Of a stretch of 64,000 nucleotides of DNA, positions 14,720-25,603 are shown one piece after another. The position numbers were made by a program, and so were the translations under genes. Under the pieces are notes generated by a model, which did no database searches, was not told the origin of the DNA, and was given only the letters and a program-made list of their open reading frames with translations. Source of the stretch: Gnetum montanum (Eukaryota > Plantae > Gnetophyta); assembly GCA_015680685.1 (NCBI GenBank), contig MNCI01000273.1:214324-278323 (forward strand), given 5' to 3'. Each line of letters begins with the position of its first letter. Position 1 is the stretch's first letter.

Positions 14720-17710
14720 TTTTGATGCTTCCATAGTGGGCTTAGCATGGAAACAGGGATCCTTAGTGTGGAAACCAAATACAATAGCTTTTTGAAGGCT
14801 CAAAGGTCCAAAATCTAGGTTCTAGGACATTTCTAAGATATCGTAGTATCATATCCATCAAAATTAGACACTCTGGATGTCTGTAAAGACCAAAAAGTAG
14901 GTTCTGAAGTCTTCTCCCTTCATTTCTATGCTGGAAAATGTAGAAAAGAAGGCATTTAGCATGGAGAACAAAACTCAAAGAAAAAATAAGGTCAAACATG
15001 TAGCTGGAGTCTAGATCTAGGACTTGTGCATCTCTCAACATTATTTCAAGGAAACTTGAGGCAATTTTGAGTGTCAAGATGTGTAAAAATGGATTTTCTA
15101 CTTTTTTCCATGCTAAGCAAAATATCCTCAAGTTGGAAAAATAAGGGGACAATTATTTTATAAATTTAGAGTGATTTAGGGGTACTTTGATCAATTGTCT
15201 AGGCTCGTAGGGATGGATACTTCGATTCTCCGTGTTTCTGGCTAATTTCAAGCATTTTTGAAGGTTATTTAAGGGTACTTAAGGTCTTCTCCCCTTGTTT
15301 CCATACTAGGGAAGTAACTCTAGTGTGGAAGAATGGGGAAAATAGGTTTTGAAGATTGAAATGAGATCATATAAGCAAAATCATGAGGTTATGATGTCCT
15401 CGGCTTCTCCAGTGTAGATCTTTGTCTTTCGAGAGTGACATCTTACCACCAAAAGTGGAAAAGTAGCTTTCCCCATTATTTACATACTAAGGAAGTTACT
15501 CTAGTGTGGAACAAGGAAGAATCTTAGATCTATATTGATTCAACTTAAAATTGATCATGCATGTTACCTTCCGAAGTCCCTAGGCTCAAGGGCTATGGAT
15601 CCATGTCAATATTTAGCAATTTTGGACATCCCTAAGTAGTTTTTATACTTTCACCCCTTTTTTTCATGCTAGGGATAGAGATCTCAACATGGAAAACTAG
15701 GGGAACCACTTTTTAGCCATCTAGGTTTAGTCTAGTAAAGTCTAAGAGCTCCAATGCTTTCTATGAGGGTTCTATAGTGCATGAAAGGTCATTTAATGTC
15801 ATTATAAGGTGTTTTAAAGTTTCAAACAAGTCCCCCATTGAGTTTCCACACTAGGGATACCATCATTAACATGGAAAAATTGAGCCCCAATGTGGAAGAA
15901 CCATGCATCTCAGATCTAGACCAATATTGACCTCAATCAACTATGCATGTTAGCCTCCAGGGCTGCCAGGGTCAAGGACTAGGGTTTTATGCTAGATTTT
16001 GGTTATTTTGTGTATTTCTAAGCATTATTTGAACTTACCCCAATTTTTCCATGCTAGGACTTCGATGTTCAACATGTAAAACTAGGGGAAATCCTTTTTT
16101 ACCCTTTTGACATCAATTTCCTAAAGTTTGAAAGCTCCAAATGATGTTAGCAGGGTCCTAGAGTGCATGCAAGTTTAATTAATGTTGTTCTAAGCTAGTT
16201 ATGGATTCCAAATGGGTCTTTCACTTAGTTTCCATACTAATAAAGATGAGGGATAATTACCAAGTGTGGATACACCATAAAACTCATATCTAGCCTAGGT
16301 TTGACTTCAATCAACCATGCATGTTAGCTTTCAAGGTTTTTCGGGTTGAAGACTAGGGTTTGGAGTTAAAAATAGTCATTTTATAGGTTTTCTAAGTGGT
16401 TTTTGAGCTTCTCCATCTTTTTCTATGCTATGGATAGTATCCCAAATATGCAAATTAAGAGGAAATAGATTTTTATCCTTTTCCATCACTTTTGATCATG
16501 CAAGTAGGTCCCTAAAGTTGGTAGTGATGATGGTCAATGCCTAGTGTCAAAATTTTGCTATTTTGAAGATTGATGAGTGGTTTTTGAGCTTCCATACCTT
16601 TTTCCATGCTTAGTGTGGAAAATTTGGGGGAAATATTTTTGGCTTTTTATAGTCACTTTCAGTCATGCATGCAAGCTTCTAAGGTTTCTAGTGTCAACTA
16701 CTAACATTTGATGTTGAAATTTGGTTGTTTAAAGGGTCATTAGGAAATTTTTGGGCTTTTCCCACTTTTCCATGTTGGATTCTCCATGATCAGTGTGGAA
16801 AATTATGGGGATAGTATTTTTAGCTTTATATGTTTAATCTAGTTATGCATGAGTGTCCACAGGGTTGCTAGTGTTCGCCGTCCATGCCTAAGACCAAGAT
16901 CTTTTCATTTTGGAGGCTGTGAGGGGATTTTCAAGCTTCCCTCATTTTTCCATGTTGAATATGGGAGTCTCACTATGGAAAATATCTTCCTTAGTGAAGA
17001 AAGTTGGATCTAGGACAAATCAATGACTAATCAACCATGCATGTTAACCTTCAAGGTTTCTGGTGTCGATAGTTGATGTTGTGTGTTAAGATTCAACCAT
17101 TTTGAGGCTTATAAGCTCCTCATAAAATATCCCCCCTTTCTTGCACACTATTCATGGTGGCCCTAACATGGATAAAATGGGGATGATATTTTTGTACCAT
17201 ATTTAGCCACCTTTAAAGCTTTTGCAACCTCCAGAGGGTTTTGACATGGTCTAGGGATCACAAGGCATCAAGAAATGGTCATTAGCTCATTAATTTAGGT
17301 TATTATTAGCTTTCCCTCATATACTCATGTCAAGTATTGGAATTCTCATCATGGAAGAAGCTTCCACTAGCATGGAAAACACCAAATCCTAGATTTTAGG
17401 CAATTTTGGCCAATTTTGACTAGGTTCAATGGGGTTCTGAGGCTGCTAGATATGCTTGGAGGGGTTCTAGTCACATGGGATCCATTTTGAAGTCAAAATT
17501 AAGCTAGATGGGTATTGGTGGGTAAGAGTAGATGTTATCCCCCTTCTTCCATGTTGGGAACTACTACCCCAACGTGGAAATCAATGGTGTCTAGCCTTGC
17601 TCATGTCTTACCCACTTTTGGGAACCTGGGATTGAAAAAGGAAAAATATTTGTAATTTCAATGATTTTGTAAATTAATAGAAATTTTTCCATGCTAGGAA
17701 TAATATTAAT
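14720..17710. repeat. Dispersed ~180-bp periodic repeat region in the C spacer, with paired TTCCA[C/T]RCTAG ... ARYRTGGAA inverted motifs
   Basis: More than 12 occurrences of TTTCCAT(G/A)CTAG- or TTCCACACTAG-like words, most followed within ~25 nt by AGTGTGGAA/AACATGGAA, e.g. 15298-15330, 15662-15695, 15843-15878, 16601-16621, 16767-16801, 16948-16981, 17547-17580. Confidence 0.7.
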
Positions 17711-19620
17711 AGCATGAATGCATGGAGTTAAGGTTTCCATAAGGTTTTAAGTGTCAAAATTTGTAAAAATATCAACATTGATGCAAGTTTTAGTCAAGAG
17801 TGAAGGTGCAAGGCAAGGTTCATAATTCAAAAAAAATTTAAAATTTTGAAAAATGAAGTTTTTTTCCATTCAAAACCAATGTAAACTAGACTTTCTACAC
17901 TTTTACATCAATGCACTTGTAGTTATGGTTTATTGAATTGGTAGCTAGGGTTTTAAGTTGTGCTTTTAGGTTTTAGATGTGATTTTATTGTGGAATTTCA
18001 CAAGTTTTCATCATAATTTTTATTCTACATCAAAAACACATTGGAGGATAGCTCTAGAAAATGTTCTTGTACTAGCAACAACTAATTCTCAACGTGGAAG
18101 CCTCCCACCTTCTCACAACTCCAGTGTTAATTTCTCATCCTTCTTAATTTTCATCCATTCCCAATGTTGAGCCTACCATGCTAGGAAAGAAATGAGGTGA
18201 AAAGGGATAAAACCCTATGATTTAGAAGGTGGATGAATGTGATCAAGATCTAGAAGAAGTATCGACACCCATCTCCATCCAAGCTCCCTTTGTTTCTAGT
18301 TCAAGGTAGGCATTTCTACCTATTTTTTCCTTTTCTTAAAGGTTTTTCAAGTTTTGTTTTTCATGTGTTAGGCCCATTTTCTTCTAGATATACTTCAATG
18401 GAGGGATCAAATTTTTTTTTATAAAATCCAACCTCCTATTTTGGCTACTTTCATGCAGATTGATAGTTGTTTTATTTCTTTAGCTGGTGTAGATTTGATT
18501 TTGAAAATAGGGCTTACTATTTCATGCTATTTCCCAAAATTTTGGGGTGTGGTTGCTTTTTTCAGATCTAGACCTTAGGATTTGTTAAAATTAAATTTCA
18601 ACAAAATCCTACCCCATTATTTTGATGTGAATTTTAATAGGTTTCAATGGTTTTGGCTAGTTCAACTATTTCCATGGCTATATGAAATCTAGGTTTTGAG
18701 ATTTTTGAAGTTTTGATATGATAAAGCAAGTAAAGTTGTATATTTTTTTTCTTGGTATAATAGCTACATATTTGTAAAATTGAAGGTTATGATTTGTATC
18801 CCTTCATTTAAGCTTTTTGATGGCTATTGTCTCATTTAATTTGACCTTGAAATGAAGAAGGTATTACTATTTTCCTAACATTACATAGTTAAGTTGTTTG
18901 TGCTCCTTTTGCAATTTCATGACATTTTGTGAATTTTTTATATGGAAAATTTTATGGCTATCTTTTGGTTATGGTTGAGTATTCTTTGGATTTATTTTTT
19001 CCATGGAGGTAAAATCACTCTGATTGGACTTAAAATGAATTTTCTACAAATTTTTTACTAAGCATGTGTAATAAGGATGTTTGTGTTGTTTTCATATTAT
19101 TTTCCAAATTGATAATTTTTTTTTTGTATAAATGGAAATGGTTTTGAATGTTTTCTAAGATGGATATGTAGGGCTTGATTTAAAGTTCAAATGGTGGTAG
19201 AATCACTTTTTTTGAAGCTTAGAAGAATTTTGGAAAATTTTTAATGAACCCTGTGCAAAAAGGGGGTAAATCTTGATAGCTATGTTTTTGGCTAAATTCT
19301 TTCATGTTTTAGGGATATATGGCTATACTTTAATTTTAATGGTCATGGCTATAAGTTTCATAATTTCAGGGTTTTTTTTGATGGTGTAATCACTGAAATC
19401 AGAGTATAAACAAATTTTTGATGAATTTTTTGTCTATGGTTGTGTGAACAAGGAAAAATCATGGTTGTAGTCCATTACCCATTTGGAAATGGAAGCAATT
19501 GATATGTATAACATAAGTTTTTTTCTTTTGTTAATAGGTAAAACTAATGCTTAATTTTCCTTTTTTAAGAAGGTTAAAAGCTTTTCCTATTTTAAATAAG
19601 CTTTTACTATCACTACATGG

Positions 19621-19780
19621 ATTTTTCTAAGTTTATTATGCTTTTTCTAAATTTGTGGATAGCTTAGATTATTTTTCCAAATTTAGATGCTATTTTGTAA
19701 ATTTATGCATAACTCACATGTTTTTTTTCAAATTTATGCATAACTTAGATGTTTTTTCTAAATTTATGCATAATTTAGGC
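19621..19780 (+). repeat. ~30-bp AT-rich tandem repeat (TTTTTCTAAATTTATGCATAACTTAGATG)
   Basis: About 5 degenerate units visible. Three ~145-bp related units containing CTAATTTAGATAAA follow at ~19861, ~20012 and ~20147. Confidence 0.65.
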
Positions 19781-21229
19781 TAAGAATTAGTTTTAGCTAT
19801 ACTGTTTTGGCTATAATGGTTATAAAATACGATCATGATGCTTTTATGGAATTTCTCAAGCTAATTTAGATAAACATCTAAGAGCTTTTTACAAAGGCTA
19901 ATTTCACCTCTAACTTAGGAAGTTTTTTCTAAATTTGTTAATAAATTTCAATTTGTCATGATGTAAGGTTATGCAAGTTTGTAATAATTTTTTCTTGTGT
20001 AATTACATAGACTAATTTAGATAAACACTGGTTAATTTCACCTTTGACTAAGTGTTTTGTCCAAATTTTCTAAGCAATTTCAATTGGCCAAAATGTTTTT
20101 ACTCTAAAAGGTTGTAATAATACCCACTTTTGTCAAATTTCTTAAGCTAATTTAGATAAATGCCTTAGAGCTTTTTATGGAGGCTAATTTCACCTCTGAC
20201 TATGATGTTCTTTTATGTTTGTTGATAAATTTTAGTCTATCATAATTTTTTCATGCTTTACTTCATGCACGGTCTTTTTGAGGCCTATCCTCATCATAGT
20301 GGAGCTAGTTAGTATCTTATGCTACATCAGTCATCCCAATAGCAACACCACATAGGTTTGATGCATTTTATGCTTTAGTTTCTATTTTAAGTCATGATTT
20401 TGGCTATAGGTTACTAACTAGTTATATGTTGTTGCATTTCAAGCCTCAGTAGACATTGGCAACCCTAGCAGTGAGAGTGGGAATGACCCATCAATTCCTC
20501 CTCTAGATGCCACTTAGTAGCCTCCTTTAGTTTAGCTTGTTGGCTACTTATTTTAGTTTTTACATTGATGGCTATGATTAGCCAAGACTATGTTGTAGAT
20601 GGTTGTTACTCTTTGACATTTTTTCCACACAGTGTGATCATGGCTATGTATGTTATGGACATTTTAACTTTAAATTTAAGTTTTTGTTTTATTTTTGACT
20701 ATATGCATCTATAGTAGTAGTGAACATTGTTAATGTTGCAAACATTGAAAACAACTGTGTTGGTGTTTTTGATTATAACATTTAATCAATGCGATAATAG
20801 GCTAAACAAAAAGAGATATAATAATAAAAGGGACATTTGCTAGTTTGCAGCCATCATAGGCACAAGGTACATAGTTTTGTCAGTTTAAGTCCATGGTAGG
20901 TCATATTATCAGTTTAGAGTCTTAGTGAACTATAATGCCAGTTTAACATCTTAGTGGACGTAGTATCAGTTTAACTTCTTAGTAGATGTAGTGCCAGTTT
21001 AATGTCTTAGCAAACGTGATGCAAAAGAGATGTATATTTATAAGGATTTTTCAATCATAAGAAAGGTTGTCATAAATAGACAAAAATGAAAACATAATTA
21101 GGCTACATGGATAGGCTACATGCATAAAATAACAATGATATAATAAACTACAAAAGAAAATTAAGGCTACTTGGCTATTAGTGCATTTAGTGATAGGGGC
21201 ATGGGAAGGTTAAGGTCAACTTCACTTAT

Positions 21230-23070
21230 ATACATTCTTCCTAATCTTTATAAGATTAGGGAGTGAGTAAGGCCTACTCTACATAATTTTGTATTCTTCA
21301 TCCACTTTACTTATGATGTTAAAGGGGATTCATCCCATAATGTATCCCATTTCCTATCATTATCATTGTTGGTTATCTTGTACTTTTTCTCTTCATGGCT
21401 AGGAGCTTCTTCTTGAAGCTCCACTTTGGATCCCTATTCTATGTCTACATTGTTGACAACTAGGAAAATAGCATTATCACCATGAATGATGATTTAAACT
21501 CCCTTATAAGGAATGTGAATTTCTTGATGAATGGGCAAGGACACAGCTTGTAATTGAGCCAAGCAAGATCTTCCCAGGATTAGGTTGAATCATGTTATCT
21601 TTTGCACCACCAAAAAGTTGGTGATTGTAGGGAATGATTCTTTGGATATAAAATCAAAGGATATAGATCCCTTGATAAAAAATCTTGATTCATTTAAGAA
21701 CTTAAGACTTGCGATGGTTATAGGCTATACTTACTTAGTTAAGCCCAAGCATTCAAAGATGGTGCATGGGATGATGTTGGTTGTAGCTCTATCATCAACA
21801 TGCATCTGATCTATTTTAAATTGTCCTATGCATATGGTTATGAATAAAGGGGTTGTAGTCACTTTTCCATTCTAGGGATTAATCTTAATATCACTATTGT
21901 GAAATATCAGGGGTATTGACTTCTCCTCCCTTGGTGAGGGAGGAATCATCACTACATGGATGGCTTTCTCATTAGTAGGAATATCCTCATTAATGGCTAT
22001 GAAGGTCAACATTCTGACTAGTACCTTGTGATGTGTGGTAGAAGTTATGATCAAGTCATATAAACAAAGGGTTGTATTTTTCTACTTGAGGGATTGCTTG
22101 ACTTGGTCCATTGCATTGAGGAAGCTTTCTTCATTGGGTGTGGGCTTGTCACCCTAGTTGTGCTTTACTTCCTCCATGCATTCCAAAATGTATACTTTAA
22201 ATTTAGGCTATGGCTATTGTGGCTCTTCCTTGTTGTTTTGGTTGTGGGATTTGGTGTCCTCTTATTACTTGTTGATTAAAGGGGATGGGGTTGAGGGGGT
22301 CATGGGTATAGCTAAAATGGGACTAGGCTTTAGTGGACCCACTTCCTTTCATGCCTCCATATGCTTGTCTCCCATATTGTCAAGGTTTTGCTTATGCTTT
22401 GTCCTTTGTTTGGCTATAGCTTTTTGGCTATCAGTCGTTGGTTGTAAGGAAGAGGAAGTAGCATCGGGAACCATAGGGGATCATTGTGCAGGTCGTTGGG
22501 CTATGACTATTTGTGTTCTATTGGCTTGGGAGACATTAATGAACAAAGGATTCCTCAGATGCATTTGTCATGGTACTCTCACAATGAAAGGGGATCTTGA
22601 GCTATGGGAAGTTGAAGAGGCACTTTCATTGTAGAGGGATACTTGAATCATGAATGGTTCTCTTGCATGAACTCTAGTATTTCATTTAATAGTCCATTCC
22701 ACCATTGAATAAATTTTTGCATGAGTTCTAAGGGCCCCTCCTTGATCTTCATGAGTTAATCAAGCATTGCGTCAGGCTTCAAGTTATACTTGTAACGGTT
22801 GACAAAATAGGCTACTAAGTCTTCAAAAAAGGATATGGATCCTCTAGGTAATGCATGATACCAAAAAGGTTTTTGCCAGTCAAAGACATAGGTAAAATCC
22901 TCATGATTATATGATGCCATGGCTACAAGTATAAACATTCAGATCAAAAGGTAATAAGATGATCATTAGGGCCACCTTCTCCATTATATTTGCTAAATTA
23001 GGGAATGGGGACATCAAGAGGAAGTGTCATGGATGATACTACAAGACTTATGAGATCATCTTGGTAGTAG
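21230..23070 (-). pseudogene. gag-protease of element C with internal deletions
   Basis: YYQDDLISL, FWYHALPRGSISFFEDLVAYFVNRYKYNLKPD, protease MHVDDRATTNII, FNLILGRS and PIHQEIHIPY. The zinc-knuckle half of gag is absent. Confidence 0.88.
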
Positions 23071-23940
23071 TTTGAAGATCAAAATGGAAAAGATCAAAAT
23101 GGAAACCTAGTAGTTTTTAAATATGGTTTTGCAAAGCTGCCAAATTTTACCATAAAGGAGGAAAAAGTAGGATTGGTTGGTATGGAAACCAATGTTAGTT
23201 TAGTGGTAGAAAAAATTAAATGGTTATTAAGGCTTCCACATTGGCTTTGCTCTAGAAATTCATAGTAGATGTTGTGAAATTTTAGCACCCAACCCATTTG
23301 CAACTTCCACGCTAAGGTTTCTACTATAAGGGGTAAATGTAGCATTAGATTCCTTGGGAGGTTTAGCTTTAAAAGACTATAAAATGGATTTTAACTTGGA
23401 ATAAAAGAAATTTTGGTTATTAAATTAGTAACAAGCCTCACCAATGCTAGCCTCCCAATTGCTTCCACGCTAGGTATAACAAAGGGGAGAAAAAAGAGGA
23501 GGGGATGAGATGATGGTAATCTCACAACTCCTACCTCAATGTTGATGAGGGAAAGGCTAAAAACCAAAGTGGAAAGTTGATCATTTTCCACTAAAACTAG
23601 TTTTACATAGCTACGAATGTTTTCAACTTGGAAAAGTGGGGGGAAAGCCAACTCACGGAAGAGTTGAACCACCCACTCTTAGAAACTAGACATAAAATTT
23701 TGGAAATAAAAAGAAAAAATAATAAAGGGAAAAAGATATCAACACTAGATTTTGGCTTTGAAATTCATAGAAATGCTACAAAATACCAAAACCCAATCAC
23801 CTGCAGCTTCCACACTATAGTTTTGATCAGATGAGGGAAAGGAAAGCATTTATTATTCATAGGTTTTGGCTGAAAAATTAAGGAAAAGCTTGCAAATGTA
23901 AATGAAAAGAATAGATTTGATAACAAAATTTAAGTAAAGG

Positions 23941-23958
23941 ACCTACTTTTAATGCTAA
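23941..23958 (-). other. Degenerate PBS of element C
   Basis: Reverse complement GTTATTCT-TAGCATTAAAAGTAGGT next to the 5' LTR end, a decayed TGGCGCTAGAAGGAGGG. Confidence 0.5.
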
Positions 23959-23965
23959 GAATAAC

Positions 23966-25503
23966 TATTATGATCAAAAACCTTGATCATTCGAAAAACC
24001 AAGGATCCTTGGTGTGGTAGTTTCCCAACCCTGAATCCCTATGGCCTCCATGAGAAAAATGGGATTTGAGGTATCCTGGCTAGTCTACCAGATCAATGAG
24101 GGACTTATGAAATGAAAAATGTGAGAATAAAAGAAAAAAAATGAAAAACTAATAGAAAATCTTAAAAAAAATGCATAGATGATAAACAAATATATTTCAT
24201 ATATAAAATCCAAAACTTAAAAATTTAGTAAGAAATAAAATAAAGAATAAGTTTAAGAAATGTGTACAAATGGTGCCTGAGTGGGTAGTAAGAAAGGGAG
24301 ATTCACTGGTGTAGGAGTTCAAAGCCCATTGAAGCTAACGGTATCTACTTCATAATCCAAGTAATAAGCCACTCCTAATGCTATCAAACCTTCCTCAATT
24401 GCTGCAACATTAGATCTACTAGTTCGATCACTGCTAGGGGTGAGAAAAGTGAAAAATTTGGATACCAAATTGCTCCACCCTAGGGTTTGGAAATCCCAAA
24501 AGTGCAATGCTAACACCCAAAATCCACAAATCTCAAGGCTATAATGCTTCCATGTTGGTGTTTAAGAGAATTCAAGTATGGGAACTTGCAAGAGCTCTAG
24601 AGTGCTTGAAAATGCCCCAAGTATGAAATTAGTTCTTGGAATATTGCTTGTATGCTCAATGAAAAAAAATTACTCAATCCTAAAAAATTTTAGTACATGT
24701 AAATGGTGTTTGAGGTTGGGTTTTATAGGATCTTTGGACCATGAATGGGGCTAAAAATTAGCTATCAAGTGGATAAAAATTGGCTGTGAAATGGCTACAA
24801 ATTGGCTACCAAATTCAAGTGAGATGGGTGTCCAAATTTGGGGGGTTACCATACATGGTAGGTGCTTCCCCCCATGGCCATTCCATTTACTATAAATAGT
24901 AATCTAGGCACATCTTCTATGCTATATATGAATCTTCTATGCTAAGCTTTCCACCATTCTTGTAGAAGTGGTTAGTCAATGTTCAAGTCCATGAAGTGAT
25001 GAATTTTGGGTTTTATGGCTTCCACACTAAGGGATGCAATTCTTCGTACAAGGGGTGAAGACTCCACACTAGGGGGAAACTTCCATAATGAGGGGGAAGG
25101 TTTCTAGGCTATGCATGTTGTCTCCATGCTAAAGGGGGAAATTTTCCAAAACTCCCACCTTTTCATGCTAGGGATAGATGAGATTTAACTCCTTGCATGT
25201 GCTTCCAACGTAGAAAAATGTATATCATCCTTAAAACCCATCAAATTTCCTTTTTGACATTCCAAAAGGGATTTTTTACCCTCCAATCCTAAATATCAAT
25301 TCTAGGTAACTATTTTTTCACTTAGAGAATGAGGCTTTTACCACTTGTGAGGCATTTTTTAGCCCCAAAAGTATAAAGTATGTGAAATTGGCCACTATGG
25401 CTTACAATTTTCACATTTACAATGAAGTTTTGCCTCAAGTTTCATGGGGCAAAAACTATGTGATGAAGATTGGTTATAACATGTAAATTTTTGTGGTGTT
25501 TCA
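23966..25503 (-). repeat. 5' LTR of element C
   Basis: Reverse complement starts TGAAACACCAC. Colinear with 8798-10329 and followed on the minus strand by the PBS remnant. Confidence 0.9.
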
Positions 25504-25603
25504 CATAATATATAATAAGAATGGCCATAACAAAAATGTGTAATCAATATACTTATAAAAACCTATATAAAACAATTAAAGCCAAAATGAAATGAAGTTT
25601 TTA

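Larger units (their letters stand above)
8798..25503 (-). mobile_element. Element C: full-length (16.7 kb) decayed Tat-like gypsy retrotransposon nested in B
   Basis: Two aligned ~1.53-kb LTRs (8798-10329 and 23966-25503), TSD CACAA (8793-8797)/CATAA (25504-25508), PBS remnant, gag-PR, pol and PPT, all on the minus strand. Confidence 0.92.

Noticed and set aside
21585-22634. Hydrophobic plus-strand ORFs that could suggest an env-like membrane protein
   Set aside because: They are antisense shadows of the Lys/Pro-rich gag-PR linker of C; the same applies to ORFs 5628-5888, 5966-6166 and 44400-45530.
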